DNA of 64,000 nt from Myxococcota bacterium (lineage in GTDB: Bacteria > Myxococcota_A > UBA9160 > UBA6930), in the NCBI GenBank assembly GCA_028277885.1, contig JANQFK010000062.1:16685-80684 (forward strand), read 5' to 3'. Under the pieces are notes generated by a model. The model ran no database searches. It was not told the DNA's origin and saw only the letters and a program-made list of their open reading frames with translations. Both the position numbers and the translations under genes were made by a program. How positions within the stretch are numbered: the stretch's first letter is position 1; each line of letters begins with the position of its first letter. Positions 1-12,400 of the stretch are shown here, piece after piece.

Positions 1-1230
1 CGCAAGGGGCCGGCGGGAAAGCGGGACCTGGTCTGGTTCCTGATCGCGGCCGCCCTGCCCGTGCCCTGGGTGGCGGCCCACGCCCTCGGCGGCCTCGGCC
101 TCCAGCACGAGGGCATCGCGGCGCTCTCCGGCTTCGCCATCCTCGGCGCCGCCTTCCTGCTCTCCTGGTCCATGGAGCTGGCCGAGCGCGACATCCCCCA
201 GAGCCTGGCCCTGCTGGTGCTGGCCCTGGTGAGCGTGCTGCCCGAGTACGCGGTGGACCTGCACTTCGCCATCACCGCGGCCTCGGACCCCACCTACGCC
301 CCCTACGCGATCGCCAACATGACCGGCGCCAACCGGCTGCTGATCGGCCTGGGCTGGGCCGCGGTGGTGCTGATCGCCTGCAGGAAGACCGGCGAGTCCC
401 AGCTCCGCATCGATCCCCAGCACCGCCTCGAGGTGCGCTTCCTGATCCTCGCCACGCTCTGGTCGGTGCTGATCCCGCTGGACGGCTACCTCGGGCTCTT
501 CGACGCCGCCGTGCTGCTGCTGCTCTTCGCCGCCTACGTGGCCTCGGCGATGCGCGGCGAGTCCCACGACTCGGACCTGATGGGCCCGGCGGCGCTCGTG
601 GACCTCGAGTTCCAGGACCTGGGCCGCCGGGTGTGGGCCCTGCTGTTCTTCGTCTACGGCGGCTACGCGATCTGGGTCTCGGCCGAGCCCTTCGCCGAGG
701 GCCTGGTCCACATCGGTCGCAACTACGCGATCGACGAGTTCCTGCTGGTGCAGTGGCTCGCGCCCCTGGCCTCGGAGTCGCCGGAGTTCATCGTCGCCAT
801 CCTGTTCGCCCTGCGCATGCGCGGCTCCCTCGGCCTCGGCGCATTGATCTCCTCGAAGGTGAACCAGTGGACGCTGCTGGTGGGCGCGCTGCCCGTGGCC
901 TTCGTGGCCGCCGGGGGCGGCTGGCGCGGGCTGCCCCTCGACGGCCGCCAGACCGAGGAGCTGCTCCTGACCTCCGCCCAGTCCCTGCTGGCCGCGCTCC
1001 TGATCTGCAACCTGTGGTTCCGCCGCGTCGAGGCCGTGATGATCGCGGCGCTGTTCGCGGTGCAGCTCGTGTTCCCGAGCACCGAGGTGCGCATCGCCTT
1101 CGCGGTGCTCTACGTCGCCATCTTCCTCGGCCTCATGATCCACTCGCCGGAGCGCCGCCACGGGTTCCTCTCCTACCTGAGCCTGCGCGGCCACCGCCAG
1201 GAGGGCCCGCCCGGCCTGCCCGAGTCGTGA
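1..1230 (+). CDS. Sodium:calcium/cation antiporter (CaCA family) membrane protein, probably 5'-truncated by the window edge
   Basis: Frame is open from base 1; many TM helices; alpha-repeat-like motifs SVLPEYAV..ANMTGAN and ASESPEF..SSKVNQ. Confidence 0.8.
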   Translation, partial: RKGPAGKRDLVWFLIAAALPVPWVAAHALGGLGLQHEGIAALSGFAILGAAFLLSWSMELAERDIPQSLALLVLALVSVLPEYAVDLHFAITAASDPTYAPYAIANMTGANRLLIGLGWAAVVLIACRKTGESQLRIDPQHRLEVRFLILATLWSVLIPLDGYLGLFDAAVLLLLFAAYVASAMRGESHDSDLMGPAALVDLEFQDLGRRVWALLFFVYGGYAIWVSAEPFAEGLVHIGRNYAIDEFLLVQWLAPLASESPEFIVAILFALRMRGSLGLGALISSKVNQWTLLVGALPVAFVAAGGGWRGLPLDGRQTEELLLTSAQSLLAALLICNLWFRRVEAVMIAALFAVQLVFPSTEVRIAFAVLYVAIFLGLMIHSPERRHGFLSYLSLRGHRQEGPPGLPES

Positions 1231-2351
1231 GCGCCGCCGCCGACGGGGTCGACGCCCTGGTGGTCGGCGCCGGCGTCGTGGGCCTCGCCTGTGCGGCCGC
1301 GCTGGCCCGCCGCGGGCGCTCGGTCTGGATCCTCGAGCGCCGCGAGGCGCCGGCGCGCGAGACCACCAGCCGCAACAGCCAGGTCGTCCACGCCGGCATC
1401 TACTATCCACCGGGCTCGCTCAAGGCGGAGCTGTGCGTCGAGGGACGCGAGCTCCTCTACGAGCGCTGCGCCCGGCTGCGGGTGCCCCACCGGGTCACGG
1501 GCAAGCTCATCGTCGCCGCCGCCGGCGACGACGAGGCCGAGCTGGAGGCGCTCCGGAGCCGCGGCCTCGGCAACGGCGCGCCGGGTCTCGAGCTGCTGGA
1601 CGCCGCCGCCGTGGCGCGCCTCGAGCCCGCGGTCTCGGCCCGCGCGGCGCTGCTCTCGCCGCGCACCGGGATCGTGGACTCCCACGCCTACGCGGACTCG
1701 TTCCTGGCCGAGGCCGAGGCTCACGGCGCGCGCCTGTTTCCGCGCACCGAGGCCACGTCGGTCGAGCGCTGCGCCGCCGGCTACCGCGTCGAGGCCCGGG
1801 GCCCCGCGGGCCGGCGGGAGAGCGCCGTGGCGGCCACGGTGGTGAACGCCGCGGGCCTGGCCGCGGATCGCGTCGCCGCCGCCGCGGGCCTCGACGTCGA
1901 GCGCCTCGGCTACCGTCTGCATCCCTGCAAGGGCGACTACTTCTGCGTGGCCCCGGCCGCGGGCCTGCGCTTCGACCGGCTCGTCTACCCGCTGCCGGTG
2001 CGGAGCGGCCTCGGCGTGCACGTCACCCTCGACCTCGCCGGGCGCATCCGGCTCGGACCCGACGCCGAGTACGTGGAGCGCATCGACTACGCGGTCGCGC
2101 CCGGCAAGGCCGAGGCCTTCGCGAGGGCGGCGGCGCGCTACCTGCCCGGGCTGCGCGCCGCGTGGCTGACCCCGGACCAGGCGGGCATCCGGCCGAAGCG
2201 GGCCGGGCCGGGCGACGGGTTTCGCGACTTCGTGGTGCGCGAGGAGTCGGGCGAGGGCCGGCCCGGGCTGGTGAGCCTGGTCGGCATCGAGTCGCCGGGC
2301 CTCACCGCGGCCGCCGCCATCGCCGAGCGGGTCGCGCGCCTGCTGGCCTGA
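1227..2351 (+). CDS. FAD-dependent oxidoreductase, L-2-hydroxyglutarate oxidase (LhgO)-like
   Basis: GTG overlaps the upstream stop (GTGA); VVGAGVVG FAD motif, ETTSRNSQVVHAGIYY, GIESPGLT. Confidence 0.85.
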   Translation: MSAAADGVDALVVGAGVVGLACAAALARRGRSVWILERREAPARETTSRNSQVVHAGIYYPPGSLKAELCVEGRELLYERCARLRVPHRVTGKLIVAAAGDDEAELEALRSRGLGNGAPGLELLDAAAVARLEPAVSARAALLSPRTGIVDSHAYADSFLAEAEAHGARLFPRTEATSVERCAAGYRVEARGPAGRRESAVAATVVNAAGLAADRVAAAAGLDVERLGYRLHPCKGDYFCVAPAAGLRFDRLVYPLPVRSGLGVHVTLDLAGRIRLGPDAEYVERIDYAVAPGKAEAFARAAARYLPGLRAAWLTPDQAGIRPKRAGPGDGFRDFVVREESGEGRPGLVSLVGIESPGLTAAAAIAERVARLLA

Positions 2352-2353
2352 GC

Positions 2354-3169
2354 TCAGTCCGCGAGCCAGACCACCGCGGCGGAGGCGTTGTCGCCCGAAC
2401 CGTTGCGGCGCTGGGCCGCGAGGGCGGTCTCGACCACCCCGCGCGCGGTCTCCCGGGCGCGCAGGGCCGCCGGGGCCGCGTCCGCCTTCTCCACCACCTC
2501 GGCCACGGCGGCCTCGGGGTCGGCCACGCCGATGCCCGTCTCCGAGAGCCCGTCGGTCGCGAGCACCAGCGCGCGGGTGTCGCCGAGCTCCCGGTGCCCG
2601 ATGCAGCACTTGCCGGCCAGGCTCTCCGGGGTCTCCGGCGCGTGGCCGAGGAAGGCCGTCTTGCCGTCCTCCGCCTCGTAGCGGCCGAGGTCCTCGACGC
2701 CCACAGGCCTCGCCTGGAAGATGTGGCTGTCGCCGATGGCGGCGTGGAGCAGCAGGTCGCGACCGGGGAGCGCGAGGGCCAGGGCGAGGGTGGTGCGGGC
2801 GCCCTGCTTCTCGGTGTTGGTGAGCTCGCGGAGGATCTGCTCGTTGGCGTCGCACAGCACCGCCAGCACGTGGCGCTCCCAGCTGCGGGCGTCGACCTCG
2901 CCCTGGTCGGTCCAGTGGCCGGCGGGGTGGGCGGAGAGGTGGTCGAGGGCGACCTCGGCCGCCTCGAAGCCCCGGTGCCCGTCGGCCACCGCCACCAGCA
3001 GTCCCGCCTCGCCGTAGGCGAAGAGCGCCGCGTCCTCGTTGGGATCGCGATGGGGGTAGGCCTTCTCGCGGCCCCCGATCGAGATCGCGATGGCGGCGGG
3101 GCCCTCGGCCACGGTGTCCACCGCGCCCAGCTGGAGGTGCTCGCGGCCCCGGAACAGCGCGCTCTTCAT
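2354..3169 (-). CDS. PP2C/PPM-family protein phosphatase
   Basis: C-terminal part of the 2354..5338 ORF from MKSALF; motifs NEDA, VADGH, IGDS, LATDGL, GSGDNA. Confidence 0.8.
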   Translation of the reverse strand: MKSALFRGREHLQLGAVDTVAEGPAAIAISIGGREKAYPHRDPNEDAALFAYGEAGLLVAVADGHRGFEAAEVALDHLSAHPAGHWTDQGEVDARSWERHVLAVLCDANEQILRELTNTEKQGARTTLALALALPGRDLLLHAAIGDSHIFQARPVGVEDLGRYEAEDGKTAFLGHAPETPESLAGKCCIGHRELGDTRALVLATDGLSETGIGVADPEAAVAEVVEKADAAPAALRARETARGVVETALAAQRRNGSGDNASAAVVWLAD

Positions 3170-3570
3170 CGGGCTCCGCCGCGGATCGCGTCGCCCGCTC
3201 CGCCGCAGGTCCCGCCGGCGAGGGCGTTGTCGGCGAAGCGGTGCGCCTCCACCGGGCGTCCGCCGATCAGGTGCTGCTGGATGATCTCCTCCAGCACGTC
3301 CGGCGTGCAGCCCCGGTACCAGGTGCCCTCGGGATACACCACGGCGATGGGTCCCTCGCAGCAGATGCGCAGGCAGCTGGCCTGGCTGCGGTAGACGCCT
3401 CCCTCGGCGTCGGACAGGCCCAGCTCGCGCAGCCGCTGCTTCAGGAACTTCCAGGACTCCTTGGCGGCCTCGCCCGGTGCGCAGTCGCCGTGGGTGCACA
3501 GGAAGATGTGGCGCCGGGCGCTGTCCAGGCGCAGCACCTTCACGATGCGCTCGAGGTCGGCGGCGGACAT
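3166..3570 (-). CDS. Thioredoxin-like [2Fe-2S] ferredoxin
   Basis: [40 protein letters not shown]. Confidence 0.85.
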   Translation of the reverse strand: MSAADLERIVKVLRLDSARRHIFLCTHGDCAPGEAAKESWKFLKQRLRELGLSDAEGGVYRSQASCLRICCEGPIAVVYPEGTWYRGCTPDVLEEIIQQHLIGGRPVEAHRFADNALAGGTCGGAGDAIRGGAR

Positions 3571-3613
3571 GGGAGACGCGTAGTATAACGACTCGTTCCG
3601 GAGGAGTGACGCG

Positions 3614-4933
<1,320 letters not shown>

Positions 4934-4942
4934 AATGCCGCC

Positions 4943-5617
4943 ATGACGGCCCCCCACGACGCGCCCGGCCCCGCACCCGGCGAGGCGCCCGAGCCCGCCC
5001 GCCTGGTTCGCGCCCTGGGCCACGAGGTCGGCAACCTGCTGGCCGCGATCCGGCTCACGGCCCACCTGCTCGGCACCGAGGCGGCGCGCGTCGGCGTCGC
5101 GGAGGCGGTGCGCGGCGAGGCCGCCGACATCGAGATGAGCGCGGCGCGGGCCGGTGCGCTGCTCGCCCACCTGCGCCCGCTCCTCGCCCGCGGCCGGGAC
5201 GCCGACCGCTCCCGGCTCCCGGCCCGGGAGCTGCTCTCCGGCGTCGCCGCCGCCCTCGAGGAGCACGGCGCGCGGGTCGAGCTCCACGCCGCCGACGACC
5301 TCCCGGAGCTGCGCGTCGACGCCGACGCGCTGCACCACGTGCTGGTGATGCTGGTGCTGGGGGCCCTCGAGCGCACGCGGCCCGCCGGCGTGGTGCGGAT
5401 CGCCGCGAGCCGCCGCGGCGGGGAGCTGGTGCTCTGCCTGCGGGACGAGTCCGAGGCGGACGCTGCGGCGGCCCCGGAGGCGCCGACCGGGCGCGCCCTC
5501 GACCTGGGCATCGCCGAGGTCGTGCTGGGCCGCGACGAGGGCCGCCTCCAGGCGGGCGCGGACGGGCCGGGCAGCCGGGTCGAGATCGTGCTGCCCGGCG
5601 CAGGCTCCGGGAGCTAG
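4943..5617 (+). CDS. Sensor-less histidine kinase-like protein with a degenerate HATPase domain
   Basis: H-box HEVGNLL is present; N, G1 and G2 boxes are degenerate (VMLVLGA, DESEA, GRALDLG). Confidence 0.6.
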   Translation: MTAPHDAPGPAPGEAPEPARLVRALGHEVGNLLAAIRLTAHLLGTEAARVGVAEAVRGEAADIEMSAARAGALLAHLRPLLARGRDADRSRLPARELLSGVAAALEEHGARVELHAADDLPELRVDADALHHVLVMLVLGALERTRPAGVVRIAASRRGGELVLCLRDESEADAAAAPEAPTGRALDLGIAEVVLGRDEGRLQAGADGPGSRVEIVLPGAGSGS

Positions 5618-5645
5618 CGCCCGGCAAGGGCCCGGGAGCCGGCGC

Positions 5646-6545
5646 TCAGGCCGCCTTGCGCAGGCCCGTGGGGCGCCTCGTGCCGCCCTCCACCACCGAG
5701 GCCGGCGGCTCGCGCAGGTCCCACACCAGGCCCACGGCCGCGAGCGCGCGCAGGATGTAGTAGGTGACGTCGATCTCCCACCAGCGGAAGCCGTTGCGCG
5801 CCGAGGCCATGTAGTAGTGGTGGTTGTTGTGCCAGCCCTCGCCGAAGGTGAGCAGCGCGAGGAGCAGGTTGTTGCGGCTGTCGTCGCCGGTCTCGTAGCG
5901 GCGCGTGCCCCAGACGTGGGCCAGGGAGTTGATGCAGTAGGTGGCGTGCCACAGCAGCACGGTGGAGACCGAGTAGCCCCAGACCATGCCCGTGAAGCCG
6001 CCGATCAGCCAGCACACGAAGGCGAGGGAGAGCGGCGGCAGGAAGTGCCACTCGTTCAGCCAGCGCAGCTCCGGGTACTTCGCGAAGTCCTTGATCAGGT
6101 CGTTCGGGGTGCCGCCCCAGCGCGGATCGAACACCCAGCCCTGGTGGGCGTACCAGAACCCGTCCCGGGGCGAGTGCACGTCGCCGGGGCCGTCGGAGTA
6201 GCGGTGGTGGCGGCGGTGGGTGCCGGCCCACCACAGCGGCCCCTTCTGGGTCGCCATGGCGCCGATCCACGCCAGCACGAACTGGAACACGCGGCTGGTG
6301 CGGTAGCCGCGGTGGGCGAAGTAGCGGTGGTAGACGCCGGTGATGCCGAACACGCGCAGCGCGTAGGTGGCGGCGCACAGCCCCACCGCCCAGGCCGGCG
6401 CTCCCACCCACAGCACGAACAGCACGCTGGCGTGGATGCCCCAGTAGATGCTGCGCGAGAGCAGCGCGGTGCGGGTGAGCCAGCCGTCGCTGGTGGTGAA
6501 GTCGTGGCCCTCGTTCCCGTGAGACGCGTCGACGTGGCTGGCCAT
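5646..6545 (-). CDS. Acyl-CoA (delta-9-like) fatty acid desaturase
   Basis: His boxes HRYFAH, HRRHH, HNNHH; GEGWHNNHH and WWEID motifs. Confidence 0.92.
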   Translation of the reverse strand: MASHVDASHGNEGHDFTTSDGWLTRTALLSRSIYWGIHASVLFVLWVGAPAWAVGLCAATYALRVFGITGVYHRYFAHRGYRTSRVFQFVLAWIGAMATQKGPLWWAGTHRRHHRYSDGPGDVHSPRDGFWYAHQGWVFDPRWGGTPNDLIKDFAKYPELRWLNEWHFLPPLSLAFVCWLIGGFTGMVWGYSVSTVLLWHATYCINSLAHVWGTRRYETGDDSRNNLLLALLTFGEGWHNNHHYYMASARNGFRWWEIDVTYYILRALAAVGLVWDLREPPASVVEGGTRRPTGLRKAA

Positions 6546-6672
6546 GATGAGAGCGTTCCTCCGCTACGGGCGAGGGCAGGCTAGCCGCCGCATCGGCGGA
6601 CGCGGTCTTCGGACTGTGAAACTTGTGTCAATCGCCCCCCGCGCGGGCCGTGAACCCATCCAGGACGGGCAC

Positions 6673-6701
6673 TTGCGCCGCCAGGGGGCGCCGGGGACAC
6701 T
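6673..6701 (+). promoter_or_regulatory. Putative sigma70-type promoter for the PhyH gene
   Basis: TTGCGC-17 nt-GACACT, followed by SD GGAGGA at 6717-6722. Confidence 0.3.
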
Positions 6702-6729
6702 CCCGCCTCCACCGCTGGAGGACGGTCCC

Positions 6730-7572
6730 GTAGCCCTCGAAGCCCCGCCCCCCGCCGCCCCCGCGCGAGCCCCCGCCGCCGGCCTCAACCCCGCCGAGCG
6801 GGAGGCCTGGGAGCGCGACGGCTTCTTCCTGCGCGAGGCGGTCTTCGGTCCCCAGGAGGTGGGCGCCCTGGCGGCGGCCGCGGAGCGGGTGGTGGCCCGG
6901 GCCGCTGAAGGGGCGCCGCACGGCGAGGCCTACGCGATCGACGGCAACCGCTACGTCGAGGCGGCGGGGTCGACGGTGCAGTACGAGCACCGGCCCGGCA
7001 CCCGGACGCTGCGGGTGGTGGAGCCCTTCCACCACCTGGACCCGCTCTTCTCGGAGCTCGTCGACGACCCGCGCATCGTCGAGCCCATGTGCGACCTGGT
7101 CGGCAGCGAGCGGGTGGCGCTCTTCACCGACAAGCTCAACCTGAAGCGCCCCCGGGAGGGCTCGCGCTTCCGCTGGCACCAGGACTCCCCGTACTGGAAC
7201 CACGTCTGCGGCCACGTGGACCGGCTCCCCAACGTGATGCTGGCCCTCGACGACGCGAGCCGGGCGAACGGCTGCCTGCGCGTGATCCGCGGCAGCCACG
7301 TGGACGGGCTGCTGCCGGGCTGCGAAGGGGAGGGGACCCTGGGGCCGCTCTTCACCCACCCGGACCACGTCCGCGAGGAGGACCAGGTGCCCGCGGAGAT
7401 GCCCGCCGGGAGCCTGCTCTTCTTCAGCCCCCACACGATCCACGGCTCGGAGCCCAACGAGACCGGTCTACCGCGCCGCGCCCTGGTGCTCACCTACCAG
7501 CCCGCCGGGCACCCGATGTTCAAGGTGCCCCGGGTGCGCGACGCCGGGCCCCGCGCCGACCGCGCCCGCTAG
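6730..7572 (+). CDS. Phytanoyl-CoA dioxygenase (PhyH)-family Fe(II)/2OG oxygenase; start uncertain
   Basis: [25 protein letters not shown]; the SD points to an in-frame GTA at 6730, with alternative GTGs at 6616 and 6625. Confidence 0.8.
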   Translation, partial: VALEAPPPAAPARAPAAGLNPAEREAWERDGFFLREAVFGPQEVGALAAAAERVVARAAEGAPHGEAYAIDGNRYVEAAGSTVQYEHRPGTRTLRVVEPFHHLDPLFSELVDDPRIVEPMCDLVGSERVALFTDKLNLKRPREGSRFRWHQDSPYWNHVCGHVDRLPNVMLALDDASRANGCLRVIRGSHVDGLLPGCEGEGTLGPLFTHPDHVREEDQVPAEMPAGSLLFFSPHTIHGSEPNETGLPRRALVLTYQPAGHPMFKVPRVRDAGPRADRAR

Positions 7573-8180
7573 CCCCAGTCGGCCTCGGAGGCCTCGCGGA
7601 AGGCGGCGAGCAGCTCCGGATGGCTGCGCGTGACGGGGAACTGGGGGAACTCCGCCACCACGTTGTCCGGCGGGCAGAACAGGATGCCCGCGTCGGCCTC
7701 GGAGAGCATGCTGGTGTCGTTGTAGGAGTCGCCCGCCGCGACCACGCGGAAGTTGAGCTCGTGGAACGCCTTCACGGCGCGGCGCTTGGGGTCGGCCTGG
7801 CGCAGCCGGTAGTCGGTGATGCGCCCGCCCTCCACCTCCAGCCGGTGGCAGAGCAGGGTGGGATGGCCGAGCTGGCGCATCAGCGGCATGCCGAACTCGT
7901 AGAAGGTGTCCGAGAGGATCACCACCTGCATGTGCTCCCGGAGCCCGTCCAGGAACTCGCGGGCGCCGGGGAGCGGCCCCATCTCGGCGATGACCTTCTG
8001 GATCTCCGGCAGGCCCAGGCCTTCGCGCTCGAGGATGTCCAGCCGATACCGCATGAGCACGTCGTAGTCGGGCTCGTCCCGGGTGGTCCGGCGCAGGGCT
8101 TCGATCCCGGTACGCTCGGCCACGTTGATCCAGATTTCGGGGACCAGCACCCCTTCGAGATCGAGGCAGGCGATTTCCAT
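7569..8180 (-). CDS. thrH: Bifunctional phosphoserine phosphatase/homoserine phosphotransferase
   Basis: [46 protein letters not shown]. Confidence 0.93.
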   Translation of the reverse strand: MEIACLDLEGVLVPEIWINVAERTGIEALRRTTRDEPDYDVLMRYRLDILEREGLGLPEIQKVIAEMGPLPGAREFLDGLREHMQVVILSDTFYEFGMPLMRQLGHPTLLCHRLEVEGGRITDYRLRQADPKRRAVKAFHELNFRVVAAGDSYNDTSMLSEADAGILFCPPDNVVAEFPQFPVTRSHPELLAAFREASEADWG

Positions 8181-8253
8181 GGCTCCGGAGCATAACCCCC
8201 CGCACCCGCAGCGAAATGGCGTCGGGTCCGGGGGGTTCGATAGTCTCCCTCCG

Positions 8254-9477
8254 ATGGCCCCCTGTCTCGTAGAGGCCCTCCGGGCCGGGGGCCGCGGATC
8301 CCCGCCCCTCCGGCCCCGGCCGGGGCGCCCGGGGCGGTCCCTCCGCCGGCTCGCCCTCGGCCTCGGGCTGGCCCTGGCCCTGCCGGCCCTCGGCTGCGGC
8401 GGCGCCGAGGAGGCCGGGAACGGCCCGAGCGAGGCCACCACGGTGGACATCGTGGGCGTGGCGCCGGAGCTGCTGCGCAACGTCGTGAAGATCCCGGGCC
8501 AGCTCACCGCCGAGATGACGGTGGAGATCGTGCCCGAGATCGAGGGGGTGGTGGAGACCATCGAGTTCCGCGAGGGCCAGCCCGTCGAGAAGGGCCAGGT
8601 GCTGCTGCGGCTGCGCGACCAGGAGCAGCGAGCCCGGCTGCGCGAGGCCGAGGCCGAGCGGCGGCTGGCGGCGGCGGTCTACCGCCGCACCAAGAGCCTG
8701 GCCCGGCGCGACGTCTCCTCCGAGGCCCAGCTCGAGCGCGCCGCGGCGGAGCTCGAGGTGGCGCGCTCCCGGGTCGAGGCCGCCCAGGTGGAGCTCGACC
8801 GCACCCTGATCCGCGCCCCCTTCGACGGGGTGATGGGCGACCTGGTGGTCGCCTTCGGCGACCGGGTCACGCCGGACGACGAGCTGGTGCGCATCGACGC
8901 CATCGACCGGCTCCAGCTCGTCTTCACCCTGCCCGAGGGCGCCGTGGGCCAGGTGCAGCCCGGGATCCCGGTCTCGATCAAGGTGGCCCCCTACCCGGAG
9001 CGCCGCTTCGAGGGGGAGGTCTACTTCGTCTCCCCGACCCTCGACGAGGCGGCGCGGCGCCTGCTCATCAAGGCCTGGATGCCCAACGCCGACCACGCCC
9101 TGCGCCCCGGCCTGTTCGCCCAGATCGAGGCCGAGATCGAGCGCCGCGAGGACGCCCTGCTGGTGCCCGAGTCGGCGCTCCTCTACGCCATGGACGGGAC
9201 CTTCGTGTGGCGCGTGGACGCCGACGACCGCGCCCACCGCGTCCCGGTCACGGTGGGGCTGCGCGACGGCTCCCGGGTGGAGATCGTGGAGGGCCTGGCC
9301 GCCGGCGACCGGGTGGTGGCGACCGGGGTGCACAAGGTCGACCCCGGAGGCCGGGTGCGGGTGCCGGACGCGCCCGGGGCCGGCCAGCCGCTGAAGGCCG
9401 CCGAGGAGGGCGAGGAGGGCGAGGAGGCCGCCCTCGAGTCGCGCGCCGACCCCGGGGAGCGGGGCCTCGAGTCGTGA
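8254..9477 (+). CDS. RND efflux periplasmic adaptor (MFP) subunit, probable lipoprotein
   Basis: ALGC lipobox-like motif, [35 protein letters not shown]. Confidence 0.88.
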   Translation: MAPCLVEALRAGGRGSPPLRPRPGRPGRSLRRLALGLGLALALPALGCGGAEEAGNGPSEATTVDIVGVAPELLRNVVKIPGQLTAEMTVEIVPEIEGVVETIEFREGQPVEKGQVLLRLRDQEQRARLREAEAERRLAAAVYRRTKSLARRDVSSEAQLERAAAELEVARSRVEAAQVELDRTLIRAPFDGVMGDLVVAFGDRVTPDDELVRIDAIDRLQLVFTLPEGAVGQVQPGIPVSIKVAPYPERRFEGEVYFVSPTLDEAARRLLIKAWMPNADHALRPGLFAQIEAEIERREDALLVPESALLYAMDGTFVWRVDADDRAHRVPVTVGLRDGSRVEIVEGLAAGDRVVATGVHKVDPGGRVRVPDAPGAGQPLKAAEEGEEGEEAALESRADPGERGLES

Positions 9478-12400
9478 GGCTCTCCGAGGTCTGCATCGAG
9501 CGGCCCGTGCTCGCCACGGTGATGTCCCTGGTGATCGTGCTGTTCGGCACCCTGGCGCTGACGCGCCTCGCCAACCGCGACCTGCCCGACGTGGACCCGC
9601 CGGTGGTCTCGGTCACCACCATCTTCCCCGGCGCGGCGCCGGAGGTGGTGGAGACCTCGGTCACCCAGCCCCTGGAGGACCAGCTGATCGGCATCGAGGC
9701 GGTGAAGCACGTCACCTCCGAGAGCCGCGAGCAGGTCTCGCTGATCAGCGTCGAGTTCGAGCTCGACCGCGACCTCGAGGCCGCGGCGAACGACGTGCGC
9801 GACCGCGTGGCTCGCTCGCGCAGCGAGCTGCCCGACGAGGTCGAGGAGCCCATCGTCGCCAAGCGCGACTCCGACGCCAGCCCGATCATGTGGCTGGGCT
9901 TCTCGGGCCGGAACTACAGCCAGATCGAGCTCTCCCAGATCGTCGAGACCCAGGTCCAGGACCGCCTGGCGAAGCTGACCGGCGTCTCCGACGTGCTGGT
10001 GAGCGGCGAGCGCCGCTACTCGATGCGGGTCTGGATCGACAACGACCGGCTCACCGCCCGCGACCTCAGCATCGCGGACGTCACCGACGCGCTGCGGCGG
10101 GAGAACGTCGACATCCCCTCGGGCCGGCTGGAGAGCACGGACCGCGAGTACACGGTGCGCAGCCTGGGCGAGCTGCGCACCGTCGAGGGCTACGAGAGCC
10201 TGATCGTGGCCACGGTGAACGGCGAGGCCGTGCGCCTGCGCGACGTGGCCCGGGTGGAGGTGGGCCCCGAGGACGAGCGCAAGATCGTGCGCTTCAACCA
10301 GCAGCCCGCCATCGGGCTCGGCGTGGTGAAGCAGTCGAAGGCCAACACCCTCGACGTGGCCGACCGCATCAAGCAGGAGCTGCGCAGCATCGAGGGGGAC
10401 CTCCCGCCCGGGGTCCGCATCGAGATCGCCTTCAACTCCGCGGAGTTCATCCGCGACTCGATCCGCGACGTCTCGCGCACCATCTTCGAGGCCATCATCC
10501 TCGTGGTGCTGGTGATCTACCTGTTCCTGCGCAGCGCCCGGGCCACGGTGATCCCCGCCGTGGCGATCCCGGTCTCCATCGTCGGCGCCTTCGCGATCCT
10601 CTACTTCCTCGGCTTCACCATCAACACGCTCACGCTGATGGGGGTGACGCTCGCCATCGGGCTGGTGGTGGACGACGCCATCGTGGTGCTCGAGAACGTG
10701 ACGCGCTGGATCGAGAAGGGCACCGCGCCCATGGAGGCGGCCCGCCAGGGCATGCGCGAGATCTCCTTCGCCGTGGTGGCGGCGACCATCTCGGCGGTGG
10801 CGGTCTTCGCGCCGCTCACCTTCCTGCGCGACACCACCGGCCGGCTGTTCCGGGAGTTCGCGGTCACGGTGGCGGCGGCGCTGCTGATCTCGGGCTTCGT
10901 GGCGCTCACGCTCTCGCCGGCCCTGGCCGGCCGGGTGATGCGCCGCGCGCGGGCCGAGACCGGCGTGAAGGCCCGGCTCTCGGCGGCCCTCGAGTCGATC
11001 TCCCGGGGCTACGCGCGCTGGCTGGCCCCGGCCCTGCGGCACCCCGGCCGGGTCGCGGGCCTGGCCGCCCTGTGGGTCGGCCTCGGCGTCGGGCTCTACG
11101 TCTTCGCGATCGACGAGGAGCTGATGCCCTCCGCGGACCGCGGCTTCGTGATGGCCCGGGTGACCGCGCCCGAGGGCAGCACCATCGAGTACACGGACCG
11201 CTACCAGCGCCAGGCCGAGACCGTGGTGGCGGCCCAGCCCGAGGTGCGGCGCATCTTCTCGGTGGTTCCCGTCGGGATCGGCGCGCCGGGCGTGGTGAAC
11301 GAGGGCTTCATGTTCATCAGCCTGAAGCCCCGGGCCGAGCGCGAGGGCTCGGACCGCGACGTGATGAAGGCCATGCGCGAGGGCTTCGAGGAGATCCCCG
11401 GCGTCGAAGCCCACGCCATCCCGCCCTCGCCGATCCGGGGCTTCGGCAGCGACGTGGAGCTGGTGCTCCAGGGCCCCGAGGTGCGCGAGCTGGCCCGCTA
11501 CGGCGAGGAGATCGAGCGGCGCCTCGCCGCGGTGCCGGGTCTGGTGAACGCGCGCAGCAACCTGTTCCTCAACAAGCCCCAGCTCGAGGTGGAGATCGAC
11601 CGCGACCGCGCCAGCGACCTCGGCGTCTCGGTGCGCGACATCGCGACCACGCTCCAGATCCTGCTGGGCGGCATGGACCTCTCGACCTTCAAGCTCCAGG
11701 GCGAGACCTACGACGTGGTGGCCCAGCTGCCCCGGCGGGACCGCTCCCGGGCCTCGGACCTGCTGGGCCTCTACGTGCGCGGCCGCGGCGACCGCCTGGT
11801 GCCGCTGGCCTCGGTGGTGGACGCCCGGGAGACCGTGGCGCCCCGGGCGCTGCCCCACTTCGACCGGCGTCGCGCGGTCACGATCTCGGCCAACAGCCCG
11901 GGCCTCGCCCAGGGCGAGGCCCTGAGCAAGGCGCGCGCCATCGCCGAGGAGGTGGTGGCCGGTGCCCCGGGCTACCGGGTCACGTTCTCGGGCGAGGCCG
12001 AGCGCTTCTTCGAGGCCAGCAACGCGCTGGCCTTCGCCTACGCGCTCGCCATCCTGGTGGTCTACCTGGTGCTCGCCGCCCAGTTCGAGAGCTTCGTGCA
12101 CCCCTTCACCATCCTGGTGGCCGTGGCGCTCTCCTTCACCGGCGCGCTGCTCGCCCTGGTGGTGGTGGGAGAGCTCCAGCAGCTCGGCGGGGGCTCGCCC
12201 CAGACCCTGAACCTCTACAGCAAGATCGGCCTGGTGATGCTGATCGGGCTGGTCACCAAGAACTCGATCCTGATCGTCGAGTTCGCGAACCAGCTCCGGG
12301 AGCGCGGCGTCGAGCTCGGCGAGGCCATCCGCGAGTCGGCCCGCACCCGGCTGCGCCCGATCCTGATGACGGCGCTGGCCACCATGGTGGGCATCCTCCC

